A DNA stretch of 64,000 nucleotides from Candidatus Magasanikiibacteriota bacterium (GTDB taxonomy: Bacteria > Patescibacteriota > Patescibacteriia > Magasanikbacterales > UBA922), in assembly GCA_003482855.1 (NCBI GenBank), contig DMXO01000005.1:227719-291718 (forward strand), given 5' to 3'. The number at the start of each line of letters is the position of its first letter. The stretch's first letter is position 1. Shown here in pieces: positions 15,876 through 26,126 of this stretch. The translations under genes and the position numbers were made by a program. Under the pieces are notes generated by a model. The model had not been told where the DNA came from. It ran no database searches and worked only from the letters and a program-made list of their open reading frames with translations.

Positions 15876-16451
15876 ATGACTTTGCAGACGAATTATCTGA
15901 AAAAAGTAGGCAACGATTTGCTTGATTTTGCCACCAAGCGCCGTGATATAATCAAACAGACAGGAGATGCACTTCATTTTTCTAAACGCGCTATATTTGC
16001 CATGCACAGAGATGACATGAAAGAAGCAGGAATCAAGCTGAAAGAAGCAGAAAAAATATTTAAAGATTTGAACAAGAAATATGCTAGAGATGCTCGTGTC
16101 CAAGAAGAGGGTTCATACAAAGCAGGACTTGAAGAGTATGTGGAAGCAGTATTGTTGCATCAATTTCTGAATACGGGGAAAATAGGAGAAATAAAAGGGC
16201 TGCCTATCTCAGGAGAAAGTTATGTCGCAGGACTCTGTGACGTGCCTGGAGAGTTGTATCGTTATGCTATCAAATCTGCGACCAGTAGAAATGTAGAAAT
16301 GGTGAAGAGGTGTAATGAAATGGCACAACAAATTACTGGCGAACTCATTGAATTCAATCTGACGAGCTATTTGCGTAATAAATTTGATCAAGCCAAGAGT
16401 GCGGTACAGAAAATTGAGCAGGTGGTGTATGAATTATCTTTAACAAAATAA
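15876..16451 (+). CDS. hypothetical all-alpha protein (possibly translin-like)
   Basis: 191 aa, helical, motif VPGELYRYAI. Assignment tentative. Confidence 0.35.
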   Translation: MTLQTNYLKKVGNDLLDFATKRRDIIKQTGDALHFSKRAIFAMHRDDMKEAGIKLKEAEKIFKDLNKKYARDARVQEEGSYKAGLEEYVEAVLLHQFLNTGKIGEIKGLPISGESYVAGLCDVPGELYRYAIKSATSRNVEMVKRCNEMAQQITGELIEFNLTSYLRNKFDQAKSAVQKIEQVVYELSLTK

Positions 16452-16452
16452 T

Positions 16453-16815
16453 ATGGGATTCTTCAAAAAACTTTTTTTTGGTAATACCACAACCATCGAA
16501 ACACCCCAGCCGACTCCTACAGAGAACGTTCTGTATAAATCAGGGAAGATTAAAGTTAATGATTTTTTTAAGATTGAAGGAAGAGGCTTTGTGTTGACTG
16601 GAGATATAGTAGAAGGTGGTTTGGTGGTTGGTTTTACCGAACTGAGTGGTGTAGTTATACAAGGAATTGAGGCATTTAATAAGACACTGAAAACAGCAAT
16701 TCAAGGGCAGCAAGTGGGAATATTGACAAATATAAAAGATAAGGATGCAGTCAAAAGTTTTTTAGAAAAATACCCGGATAAAATTGTTGAGTTTTTTGCT
16801 CCAGAACAGAAATAA
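16453..16815 (+). CDS. small protein with EF-Tu domain-2-like beta-barrel
   Basis: 120 aa. KIEGRGFVLTGDIVEGGLVVG...QQVGILT resembles the EF-Tu/EF-G domain II barrel (GRGTVVTGRVERG...GDNVGVLL). Confidence 0.4.
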   Translation: MGFFKKLFFGNTTTIETPQPTPTENVLYKSGKIKVNDFFKIEGRGFVLTGDIVEGGLVVGFTELSGVVIQGIEAFNKTLKTAIQGQQVGILTNIKDKDAVKSFLEKYPDKIVEFFAPEQK

Positions 16816-16821
16816 AGAAAT

Positions 16822-18102
16822 ATGAACAGATTTAAATCAGTTTTGAAGAACATAATTCCCAAAAAATTTCTTAACCTGCGTCATTTATTTTGGGCGTGGT
16901 GGGGAGCAGTGAAATATAAACACCCTTCAGAAGATTTGCTCGTCATTGGTATTACCGGGACTACAGGGAAGTCCAGTGTCATACATTTTTTGAGACAAGT
17001 TCTTGAGTACGCGGGATATAAGGTCGGTTCACTTTCGACCGTAGATTTTTATATTGGGGGTGAACAAAAACTTAATGATCAAAAAATGACGATGCTTGGT
17101 AAAATGCAGATACAAAAATATCTGCGTGAGATGTGTGATAAGAAATGTGATGTCGCTATAGTCGAGACGACTTCTGAAGGCCGTCTCCAGTATCGACATA
17201 AGTTTATCAATTATGACATGATGATACTCACCAATTTGTATCCTGAACATATTGAATCACATGGGAGTTTTGAAAAATATAAGCAAGCCAAGTTGGATCT
17301 TTTTAAATATGTATCGAAATGTAAGACAAAAGAGCATGGCAAAATTGCTATCGTGAATGGTGAGAATGAATATGCACAAGAATTTTTGCAGTTTAATTTT
17401 GATCAAAAAATAGCTTATACATTTTCGGATAAACATATAGAAGTAGACAAAGAAGGGATACATTTTGAAACACACGGATATCATTTCCATGCGCCTCTCT
17501 ATGGCAAACACAATGCAGAAAATATGGTAACAGTGGTATCTATTGCGCGTGCTATGGATATGGATTGGCAGACATTGCAACATGCTGTAGCACAAGTTCA
17601 TTCGGCTCCGGGTAGAATTGAATTTATACCAGAGACAGAATCGAGAGGTTTCAGAGTAATAGTAGACTACGCATTTGAACCTGTGGCATTACGAAAATTA
17701 TATGATGTGGTAGATATGCTTGGAGTAGAAGGGAAGATTATACATGTCTGTGGTTCTACTGGCGGTGGAAGAGATAAGGCGCGAAGAATACCTATTGGTG
17801 AGTTAGTTGGTACCAAATCAGATATTTTTATAGTGACTGATGAAGATCCCTATGATGAAGATCCTCTCGAAATTATAAAGTCAGTCTCTCAGGGAGCTCA
17901 AAATGTAGGGAAAAAAGTGGAACAGGATTTATTTGAGATTTTGGATAGAAAGGAAGCAATTCAAAAATCAATTAATATGGCTCAATCAGGAGATTTAGTT
18001 TTGATCACAGGGAAGGGGAGCGAACAGAAGATGTGTATTGCAGGAGGCAAGATGATTTCTTGGGATGATAGAGAAATAGTAAGAGAAAGTTTGAAAATTT
18101 AA
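16822..18102 (+). CDS. Mur ligase family protein (MurT/FolC/MurE-like; lacks an N-terminal UDP-binding domain)
   Basis: 426 aa. P-loop GITGTTGKSS at residue ~43, central-domain motifs DVAIVETTSEGRL and TNLYPEHIESHG. Confidence 0.7.
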   Translation: MNRFKSVLKNIIPKKFLNLRHLFWAWWGAVKYKHPSEDLLVIGITGTTGKSSVIHFLRQVLEYAGYKVGSLSTVDFYIGGEQKLNDQKMTMLGKMQIQKYLREMCDKKCDVAIVETTSEGRLQYRHKFINYDMMILTNLYPEHIESHGSFEKYKQAKLDLFKYVSKCKTKEHGKIAIVNGENEYAQEFLQFNFDQKIAYTFSDKHIEVDKEGIHFETHGYHFHAPLYGKHNAENMVTVVSIARAMDMDWQTLQHAVAQVHSAPGRIEFIPETESRGFRVIVDYAFEPVALRKLYDVVDMLGVEGKIIHVCGSTGGGRDKARRIPIGELVGTKSDIFIVTDEDPYDEDPLEIIKSVSQGAQNVGKKVEQDLFEILDRKEAIQKSINMAQSGDLVLITGKGSEQKMCIAGGKMISWDDREIVRESLKI

Positions 18103-18109
18103 AATAGTT

Positions 18110-18874
18110 ATGAAATTAGTTAGCATCATAATCCCCGTATATAATCGTACTGACAAATTTCGCAGTGCGTTATCTTCGGTTATTGCGCAAACGCATGAAA
18201 ACATAGAAATCATTGTAGTAGATGATGGTTCATTACCTCATGCTGTGGAATATACCATGCGAGATATGCTTAAATTTCAGAAATACGATGCGCAAAAAGA
18301 AGATAATCAAAATATTTTAGACCGAATAGAACATATCCAATATATTCGTCAAGAAAATAAAGGTGCTCCTTCAGCCCGTAATAAAGGTCTTGAGTTAGTA
18401 AAAGGCGAGTATGTTATTTTTTGGGATGCTGACGTAGTTGCGCAGCCAGATATGCTACAAAAAATGCTTGAAGTTTTTGAGAAGAATAATGAGGCGAGTT
18501 TTGTATATTGCAATTTTACGCTCATGCCGTTATCAAAAAAAATGAAAGGACAAAAATTTAATGTTGAGGAATTACAAAAAAATAATTATATACATACCAC
18601 AAGTCTTATACGTAGAAAAGATGTAATTAAATGGGACGAATCGTTAAAGCGTTTTCAGGATTGGGATTTATGGCTTAGTATGATAGAAAAAGGTAAAAAA
18701 GGTATATGGATTGATGAATATCTTTTTCATGTTATAGGTGGAGGAACTATGAGCAGTTGGCTGCCAAGTTTCACATACAAAAAACCATGGTCGTATTTAC
18801 CATGGATAAAATCACGCGTGAAAAAATATCTTGAAGCAAGAGAGGTTATTTTGAAAAAACACAAGATATTGTGA
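18110..18874 (+). CDS. glycosyltransferase family 2
   Basis: 254 aa. IIPVYNR...VVDDGS...DADV (DxD) GT-A motifs. Confidence 0.75.
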   Translation: MKLVSIIIPVYNRTDKFRSALSSVIAQTHENIEIIVVDDGSLPHAVEYTMRDMLKFQKYDAQKEDNQNILDRIEHIQYIRQENKGAPSARNKGLELVKGEYVIFWDADVVAQPDMLQKMLEVFEKNNEASFVYCNFTLMPLSKKMKGQKFNVEELQKNNYIHTTSLIRRKDVIKWDESLKRFQDWDLWLSMIEKGKKGIWIDEYLFHVIGGGTMSSWLPSFTYKKPWSYLPWIKSRVKKYLEAREVILKKHKIL

Positions 18875-18921
18875 TACTAGGATATTTTGGTATGGGATAA
18901 TATCTTGATATTCTAATATCT

Positions 18922-20412
18922 TTATTGTGTTTTTAACTTGTTGAATATTCTATAGAGTGTTGTTACCACTTCGTCAAATATAGTTATTGGTTTGCCAACA
19001 AACGCCATGACGAATGCAAGATAAAATATTCCAAGTACATGATATAACGCAGGAGCTGTGATATTGGTGATAAGGAGAGCAATGATACCCCCGAGAAGGC
19101 CAATATAAAAGTCATGATAATCCGAAATAGATCGGATTTTTTTTATGAGTTCATGTATGAGCACAATAACTACCAACAGAAGCGCAAGAGAACCAAACAG
19201 GCCAAGTTCTGCGAGCATTTCGAGGTAGCCCCAATCAAAATGTCGTGTAGTAATTTGAGCATAGGTATATGGATTGATGTATGTGAGCGTAGCTCCCAAA
19301 CCACTACCAATTATAGGATGTGCTTTGATCATCGCAAAGATAGGCGAGAGAAGCACTGTTCGGGTATTGGTGCTGATTTCAGTTTCAGGCAATACCATGC
19401 TTCCTATACGCACACCCGCGATTTCTAAGCCAAGACTTTTGCCCATACTTGATGCTATATTTATCGACATAAATATGAGTATCATCATTGCAATACTCCA
19501 CAGTGATACAATGAACCAACGTCGTAGCAGGTGTTTGTATTTGAGAAATAATAATCCTACGATGAATCCAAGGAGGTATGCGCGTGAAAAATTGAGTGCG
19601 AGGACAATTGTTCCAGAAAAAAACAAAAATCTCCACATGCGATTGTGCTTTTCATTACGCATGAGCAATGCACAAATGATGAGAAGAAGTGGCGGAATGA
19701 GCAAGTGTTCAGGCAATACAATGCGATAAAAGAAATCAGTTACATAGGTTATCTTGCCCATAGCGATATCACGAAACCATGTATAGAAGACCCCGTGAAT
19801 TTCCGCTTGTTTGGTGACAAAAAGTACAAAAGTGAAAAGAGAAAATAGAGCTGAACCTATGAGAAATACAATGATAAGTCGGATAAAATAATGTAGTGTT
19901 TTTTCATCTCTAAATAAATGGAAGGCTGGCAAAAGTAATACAAAAAATACGAAAGGGATAAGATCCTGTATAACACTTGCTGTTGAATGGCCATTGAAAA
20001 TACCTACACCAGACGCAATAATGAGCATTACAGTAAGGGGTAAGAGAACATAATATAGTCTATGGGATATATATATTTTGAATGTATCTGAAGTGGGGTT
20101 ACTGAGCGAATATCCAAGCCACAGAAATGAAAATACAATGAGCAAAACAGTGCGAATAGAGAGTCCAAAAAATTCAAACAAGTGTCCAGATCCACCAAGT
20201 GACAATTCTCCGAGTATGATCATCCATGCATGATTTGGATTTTTAAAAAAAGTAAGCCCCAATACGAAGACAAGGACAAATACTATAATTGCTTGGAGAA
20301 TGGCGTGAGGGGCAATATAGAATGATAGGAGTCTAACGCCCCCAAAAATAAGCAGAAGTAGTAGTGTTTGCCAATTTTTGAAAATTGAATGCATGGACAA
20401 TCGTTCCTCCAT
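18922..20412 (-). CDS. O-antigen ligase/Wzy-like polytopic membrane protein
   Basis: 496 aa, >10 TM helices, periplasmic loop with Wzy_C-like features. Confidence 0.5.
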   Translation of the reverse strand: MEERLSMHSIFKNWQTLLLLLIFGGVRLLSFYIAPHAILQAIIVFVLVFVLGLTFFKNPNHAWMIILGELSLGGSGHLFEFFGLSIRTVLLIVFSFLWLGYSLSNPTSDTFKIYISHRLYYVLLPLTVMLIIASGVGIFNGHSTASVIQDLIPFVFFVLLLPAFHLFRDEKTLHYFIRLIIVFLIGSALFSLFTFVLFVTKQAEIHGVFYTWFRDIAMGKITYVTDFFYRIVLPEHLLIPPLLLIICALLMRNEKHNRMWRFLFFSGTIVLALNFSRAYLLGFIVGLLFLKYKHLLRRWFIVSLWSIAMMILIFMSINIASSMGKSLGLEIAGVRIGSMVLPETEISTNTRTVLLSPIFAMIKAHPIIGSGLGATLTYINPYTYAQITTRHFDWGYLEMLAELGLFGSLALLLVVIVLIHELIKKIRSISDYHDFYIGLLGGIIALLITNITAPALYHVLGIFYLAFVMAFVGKPITIFDEVVTTLYRIFNKLKTQ

Positions 20413-20416
20413 AGTT

Positions 20417-21337
20417 TCAACGTAAATTATAGCCAGAAATATTTTTGTATCCGTTCAAGAATGTTTTGATATCCATTTTCGGTTTTCCTTCGAGTTGTAA
20501 TTCAAACACTTGGATTGAAGAATCTTTGGTACCAATGCGGAGTATATCATGTTCTACAATGACTTTGCTAGGAATAATCTGTTTTTGTGTAGGCTTGATA
20601 TCAAGTAATTTCAAACGTTTGTCTCCCCATAATGTCCAAACACCCGGCCATGGCGTGAATGCGCGGAATTGATTATAGATTTCTTGTGATGTTTTATTCC
20701 AATCAATATGTCCATCATCGCGTGAAAGTTGTTTGCATGTGGTAGCTTTTGAATCATCTTGGGGTACTGGGTTCAGTTTGCCTTCAATATACTGTGGAAC
20801 AGCTTCCTCAAGCCCTTGTAAGCCTAGTACAGCGAGCTTTTTATCCAAGTCAGTATAAGTGTCATCTGGATCAATAGTAAGCAGTTTTTGAAGCAAAATA
20901 GGGCCAGTGTCTAGACCAATATCCATTTTCATAATCGTAACGCCTGTCTCATGTTCGCCATTCAAAAGCGCAGATTGGATAGGGGAGGCACCACGATATT
21001 TAGGTAATAGAGACGTATGGACGTTGATAGTACCATGTTGAGGCGCATTTAAAATGTGGGGTGGAATGAGGAGACCATATTGGGCGACGATAAATAGGTC
21101 GTAGGTTTTAGGTTTTAGGTTATAGGTTTTTAAAGATGACGGTTGGCCAATAGAGAGATTATTTTTTTCTGCAAGTAATTTAACAGGAGATGCTTGGAGT
21201 TCTTGTTTGCGACCTACTGGGCGGTCGGGTTGGGTGATGACAATCTCAATATCAAATAAAGGACTGTCGATGAGTCCTTGCAAAATAGTTGTGGCGAAGT
21301 CGTGGGTGCCGAAGAAAATAATTTTCATAATTTTCAA
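20417..21337 (-). CDS. fmt: methionyl-tRNA formyltransferase
   Basis: 306 aa. HTSLLPKYRGASPIQ motif, N- and C-terminal Fmt domains. Contains a 4x AGGTTTT tandem heptamer (21103-21130) encoding KTYNLKPKTYDLF. Confidence 0.9.
   Translation of the reverse strand: MKIMKIIFFGTHDFATTILQGLIDSPLFDIEIVITQPDRPVGRKQELQASPVKLLAEKNNLSIGQPSSLKTYNLKPKTYDLFIVAQYGLLIPPHILNAPQHGTINVHTSLLPKYRGASPIQSALLNGEHETGVTIMKMDIGLDTGPILLQKLLTIDPDDTYTDLDKKLAVLGLQGLEEAVPQYIEGKLNPVPQDDSKATTCKQLSRDDGHIDWNKTSQEIYNQFRAFTPWPGVWTLWGDKRLKLLDIKPTQKQIIPSKVIVEHDILRIGTKDSSIQVFELQLEGKPKMDIKTFLNGYKNISGYNLR
21103..21130. repeat. tandem heptanucleotide repeat (AGGTTTT)x4 inside fmt coding sequence
   Basis: Units aggtttt, aggtttt, aggttat, aggtttt. 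The reading frame is maintained. Confidence 0.7.
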
Positions 21338-21365
21338 ACAATTTTGAAAATTCGTAAATTAGTAA

Positions 21366-21848
21366 TTAATCAATCGTATAAATACCTTTTGCTTTATCAA
21401 TAAACAAAATTCCATCTAAATGATCAACCTCATGTTGTATAACACGAGCAAAGAAATCATGTGCTTCAAACTTTATTTCCTTTCCTGATTTGTCGAGCGC
21501 ATTGACCACAATATCTTTGTAACGACTGACGCGTCCAAATGTTTTTGGCACAGATAGACATCCTTCTACATCAATTAATTTTTTTCTGCTCAATTTTGTC
21601 CATATCGGATTAACAAGTACAAGGTCATCAACTTTTTCTGGTGTAGCTTCTTTACCAATGATACAGAGTCTAATATTTTTTCCGACTTGTGGTGCAGCAA
21701 GGCCTATACCGTCACTTGTATACATTATAGGAATCATTTCTTTCGTAAGTTCTTGGATTTCTTTGGATAACAAAATATCTGGGTCAAGTTCTTTTGATCG
21801 CGTGCGGAGAATTTTATTTGGGAGTGTAACTATTGATAACATATACAA
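21366..21848 (-). CDS. def: peptide deformylase
   Basis: 160 aa. GIGLAAPQVG, EGCLSVP and HEVDHLDG motifs. Confidence 0.9.
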   Translation of the reverse strand: MYMLSIVTLPNKILRTRSKELDPDILLSKEIQELTKEMIPIMYTSDGIGLAAPQVGKNIRLCIIGKEATPEKVDDLVLVNPIWTKLSRKKLIDVEGCLSVPKTFGRVSRYKDIVVNALDKSGKEIKFEAHDFFARVIQHEVDHLDGILFIDKAKGIYTID

Positions 21849-21881
21849 TAATATAAACGATCAACGAGCAACTGACAACAA

Positions 21882-22199
21882 TCAAGTAAGTTGTTTGCTG
21901 TTTGTTGATGGTTGTTCGTCGCTCCCAGGCTCGGGCCTAGAGTCCCTTGCTCGCTGACTGCTTTTCCATACAAATAGCTTTCCTGGGTTAGATGGATTTG
22001 ATTCCTGTATTTCCCCAAAAATTTGACGTGCGCGCTGTACACCAATTCGTTTGATAACACCAAGATACATTCCAAATTTTTTGCGTTCACCAAAAGCACT
22101 TGATATGACATCAGCCCAATAATGTGCTTCAGAATGAATATGTTTGTTTCGTGGCTTGTCTAGGGTTTTATCACCCAAGATTTTTGATATACCATCCAT
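21882..22199 (-). CDS. hypothetical protein (C-terminal third overlaps a GC-rich repeat-like segment)
   Basis: 105 aa. The N-terminal 65 aa are plausible. The C-terminal low-complexity tail is encoded by the GC-rich segment 21905-21962, which resembles the dispersed element family. Confidence 0.3.
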   Translation of the reverse strand: MDGISKILGDKTLDKPRNKHIHSEAHYWADVISSAFGERKKFGMYLGVIKRIGVQRARQIFGEIQESNPSNPGKLFVWKSSQRARDSRPEPGSDEQPSTNSKQLT

Positions 22200-22224
22200 A
22201 GTTATATACTAAAGAATGGCTTAT

Positions 22225-23019
22225 TTAAGCAAAATCAAAGACTCCTGTCAAGTATCCTACCCCAAAAGGAGCTTCATATGCATAATTTTTGAACGTATAG
22301 TCTATATTTTGAAGAGCGCCAAGTAAAATAAGCAGTGACCTATAGCCACATTCAGCTGCCTCATTTACAAATTTTTGATCCATTTGCATAATGCCAGTGG
22401 TATTATGTGCTTCGAGTAGCTGTATAATTTTATCATCAAATTCTTTGCCTACTTTGCTAAATCCTGCTGGCGCGTCAGTAGTCAGTCCATGAGATAGATC
22501 TCCAGAGGCAATGAGAGCAACACGTTTGTCTGAATCCATAAACGCATTTTTGAGAAGATATCCAAATGCGAGGTGCGATTTTGCATCGAGACCGCTATAG
22601 CCAATCGGCAAAATTTTTACATCTGGCATGTGTGTGGCAAGAAAATGAAGTGGCACTCCAACGCCATGGTCTATATGGTCATCGCTTATGAGCCGGACAG
22701 GTATACGTTCTTCCATTGCTATATGTCCAATGTGTGCAGACATGTCAGGAGCTCCCTTCCATTCATTGCGTGTGGTGTGATCTCCAAACTCTTCGAATGA
22801 CGAAATAAAGCGTGTGTGTGCATTGAGCGTAAATGCATCGTCGTACAGTTGTCCGTGAGGAGAGATGATAGCTATGACATGAGGTTTGCTCAAATAGAGT
22901 TCCTCTTCAACTTTTGCAAAAGCTTGTTGTGTTTTTTTTAGTTTTTCTATTTCTTCTTTGCCGATTGATGGGAGAAGTATAGGTGGGTGCGGTGTGGTAG
23001 CCGCAAATACGAGAGGCAT
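22225..23019 (-). CDS. MEMO1/AmmeMemoRadiSam-system protein B family (class III extradiol dioxygenase-like fold)
   Basis: 264 aa. HPPIL..SPHG and SGDLSHG motifs. Confidence 0.7.
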   Translation of the reverse strand: MPLVFAATTPHPPILLPSIGKEEIEKLKKTQQAFAKVEEELYLSKPHVIAIISPHGQLYDDAFTLNAHTRFISSFEEFGDHTTRNEWKGAPDMSAHIGHIAMEERIPVRLISDDHIDHGVGVPLHFLATHMPDVKILPIGYSGLDAKSHLAFGYLLKNAFMDSDKRVALIASGDLSHGLTTDAPAGFSKVGKEFDDKIIQLLEAHNTTGIMQMDQKFVNEAAECGYRSLLILLGALQNIDYTFKNYAYEAPFGVGYLTGVFDFA

Positions 23020-23048
23020 AGAATTATATTATAGTATTATATATATGA

Positions 23049-25328
23049 TTAAAGTGTTTGCATTGCCCAATTAGATAACATCTCAAATTCGTTGAATCGT
23101 GTATTTTTGCCAAAATCAGGGTTACCCATGGCAATGATGACGAATTCTTTTCCATCGTTGTTTCTTTTCACGCGCATGGCGAGGCATGTGCCTGCTTCAT
23201 AGAGGAAACCGGTTTTGCTTGCAATAACTGTGTAAGGGAGCCCTGTCTTTGCCATGAGATAATTGCTATTGGTATCAGCATGGTCTGGTTTGCCATCTAG
23301 ATCTGTCAACTCTGTATAAGTGTATGATGTAGCACCTAGGTAGGTATGCATGGTCGTATCATTAGATGCTTTTGAAAATATAGTCAGATAATCACGAGCT
23401 GTGGTAACATTTTTTACATCAAGACCTGAAGTATCTGCAAAGGTCGTATGAGATAGTCCCCAATTTTTTGCTTGATTATTCATCCGTGCAATGAATGCAT
23501 CCTCTTGATTTGAATTAGTATTTACGAGCATGCGTGAAGGAGTATTGAGAGACGAAACAAGCATCGCATACATGAGATCCTGATTGAGCACGCGTTCTCC
23601 TGCAGCGATACGATATGTATGATATGAGGCTTTGTGTTGATTTGGATCGTATGTGGTAGATTGATTGAGGTTGATACCATCAAGCAAAAGTTGGTAGCCA
23701 GTCATGACTTTGGTAAGGGAAGCCATGGGACGTTCGAAGTCTATATTTTTGCCTGCCAGTATCTCTTGGGTACTATAATCAGCCACGAGATAAGTCTCCA
23801 TATTTGTCTCGAATTGAGGTCCGACATAGCTGAGTTCAGTTACGGAGGTTTTTACCATATAGTCTACAGGGTTGGTTGAATTTGTTTCTTTTGGGTCAGT
23901 TTCTTCTGAAGCTGTATTATTGGCAGTACTGTCTGTAGATATAAGCGTGGTATCATCTGATGTATTTGAGGTCTCTGGTTTTATAGACATAGGAGTTCCT
24001 GTATCGTGTGCCATGCCTGCAAATTGGTTGAGCCAGACAACATTACTCCAATTGTAACCGAGTCCTTCAAATATTTCTTCTGAGGCAATATGTCTCTTCT
24101 TTCCTTTTTCTACCACATAGATTTTGTTGTGTTCCTTTACTCCAAAGAGCGTACCATCTTTGAGGAGTATTGGATCGCCGAGAGATAGGGTATCGAAGTC
24201 TTCAAAATGAGCTTTTTCTATAGTGAGATTAGGGAAATTTATTTTTGCAATAATTTCATCATATATTGGATAATACATGTTTCCTTGTATATAAAATAAT
24301 TCTTTTGTTTCGGAGATGCGTACAACACGACCAAGTGGATTGCTTTGCTCTGCCGTAATGGTTGAACCAAAAGTATATGAATTGAGATCAGACGCGGTAA
24401 CATCTATTACTTCGTCAGGATTGTAGCCAAGTTGTCTCACTACATCATAACTTGCAAATGGACGTTTGTAATCATAATCAAGTAAATAATATGATCCTTG
24501 TTCTTTTACAATCGCGTAGTTTGGCAGTGAGATAGTGCCTATATTTTCATATCGAGCTAGTTCAGATGCGGGTATAGTGACAATCATGTTTGGATTGTAT
24601 CGGGTCAAGAGAGATGTCATATTTTCAAATTTTCTCTTTTTTCCACCTTGGATAAGGTATACTGAAGGATCATTGGTAGTTTTGGCCAGTGTACCATCCG
24701 GATATATTTGGTCAAACCATCGTTGCCATAAATTCCAAAAGTTTTCATTCCCATGTAAATGTGGCGTGTATGAATAGAGAAAACCTGTTGCGTTGCTTGT
24801 GGGTGTCACTTGTGTGTCGTCAATAGTGTAGGTGACATTGGCCCGTTTGATCCAATTCTCGGCATACATATGTTCGTAATACCAACGCATGATTCCTGCA
24901 GCACGATCAACTTGAATACCAAAACCCTTGTATTTTTGTATATCTGGGTCTGACATACTACATGAATCACATACTCCGTAGCCAGTTGCCCAATCAAGTT
25001 GTTTGTCTGTAGGATCTGGAGCAGTGACAAGACTTTGCTCTTTCTGAAGTTTTACCAGTAGATATTTGGGATTTATTTTACTTTCCTGAGCTGCCCGGTA
25101 AATGATATCTGATGCTTTTCGTGTAGTACCTTCCCAATCCAAAGCATGGTAATTTGATATATAGCCTCCTTTTTCTTCGAGAAATGCTTGTATATCTGAT
25201 CGGGTCATGGATTGGTAATTTTGCATTTCTTCGTCAGAAATAATAAAGTTTGGGTCAAAATCGGCTGCCAACAATACTTGTGGTGATAATAACAAAATTA
25301 ATACTAAAATAGTGAAAAAATTCTTCAT
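23049..25328 (-). CDS. serine-type D-Ala-D-Ala carboxypeptidase (peptidase S11, PBP5-like) with ~450-aa N-terminal extension
   Basis: 759 aa. Signal peptide. C-terminal S11 domain with SLTK (SxxK), SLN (SxN) and KTGF (KTG) motifs. N-terminal region unassigned. Confidence 0.75.
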   Translation of the reverse strand: MKNFFTILVLILLLSPQVLLAADFDPNFIISDEEMQNYQSMTRSDIQAFLEEKGGYISNYHALDWEGTTRKASDIIYRAAQESKINPKYLLVKLQKEQSLVTAPDPTDKQLDWATGYGVCDSCSMSDPDIQKYKGFGIQVDRAAGIMRWYYEHMYAENWIKRANVTYTIDDTQVTPTSNATGFLYSYTPHLHGNENFWNLWQRWFDQIYPDGTLAKTTNDPSVYLIQGGKKRKFENMTSLLTRYNPNMIVTIPASELARYENIGTISLPNYAIVKEQGSYYLLDYDYKRPFASYDVVRQLGYNPDEVIDVTASDLNSYTFGSTITAEQSNPLGRVVRISETKELFYIQGNMYYPIYDEIIAKINFPNLTIEKAHFEDFDTLSLGDPILLKDGTLFGVKEHNKIYVVEKGKKRHIASEEIFEGLGYNWSNVVWLNQFAGMAHDTGTPMSIKPETSNTSDDTTLISTDSTANNTASEETDPKETNSTNPVDYMVKTSVTELSYVGPQFETNMETYLVADYSTQEILAGKNIDFERPMASLTKVMTGYQLLLDGINLNQSTTYDPNQHKASYHTYRIAAGERVLNQDLMYAMLVSSLNTPSRMLVNTNSNQEDAFIARMNNQAKNWGLSHTTFADTSGLDVKNVTTARDYLTIFSKASNDTTMHTYLGATSYTYTELTDLDGKPDHADTNSNYLMAKTGLPYTVIASKTGFLYEAGTCLAMRVKRNNDGKEFVIIAMGNPDFGKNTRFNEFEMLSNWAMQTL

Positions 25329-25454
25329 AAAAGTATGTTAATTATACATGGATAAGTATATCATACATTGGCTTTTTGTATAAGGATGTATTTGTTTTTT
25401 TCTTTTTTTATTGGTCTGTTGCTTTTTTGGCTTATTTTGGTATAATTTTATCGT

Positions 25455-26126
25455 ATGAATTATGGCAAACTTTATATTGTTGCAACACCCATTGGTAATT
25501 TGGGTGATATTACATTACGCGCTTTGGAAACACTCAAAACTGTGGATATTATTTTGTGTGAAGATACGCGTGTTACGAGTAAATTATTAGCTCATTTTGA
25601 GATTAGCAAATCGCTTGTTAGTTATCATCATCATAGCGATGAAAAGAAAGTTAGTGAAATTAGAGAATTGCTTGAACAAGGGAAAAATATTGCATTGGTG
25701 ACAGATGCGGGTACGCCGGGAATTAGTGATCCGGGAAATCAATTGGTGAAGTTCATAGCCAATAGTTCACAGCCAATAGAAATTATACCTATTCCGGGAG
25801 TAAGTGCAGTAGTTACGGCTCTTAGTATTTCTGGCTTTCCGACAGACAAATTTTTGTTTCTTGGTTTTCCTCCGCATAAAAAAGGACGAAAGACTTTTTT
25901 TGAAAGTATTACTAATGCAGAACATACAGTTGTGTTTTATGAGTCAAGTCATAGAATCAAAAAATGTCTTAGCGAATTAGCAAAAGTTTTGAAACTAGAG
26001 ATGAAGGTATGCATATGTAGAGAATTGACCAAAAAATTTGAAACAGTATATCGTGGTACTGTTGGTGGTATTGGAGACATGCGGGTTTTGGAAAAAGGAG
26101 AATTTGTCATTTTGGTTTCTAATTGA
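25455..26126 (+). CDS. rsmI: 16S rRNA (cytidine1402-2'-O)-methyltransferase RsmI
   Basis: 223 aa. LYIVATPIGNLGDITLRALETL...ILCEDTR tetrapyrrole-methylase fold signature. Confidence 0.85.
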   Translation: MNYGKLYIVATPIGNLGDITLRALETLKTVDIILCEDTRVTSKLLAHFEISKSLVSYHHHSDEKKVSEIRELLEQGKNIALVTDAGTPGISDPGNQLVKFIANSSQPIEIIPIPGVSAVVTALSISGFPTDKFLFLGFPPHKKGRKTFFESITNAEHTVVFYESSHRIKKCLSELAKVLKLEMKVCICRELTKKFETVYRGTVGGIGDMRVLEKGEFVILVSN

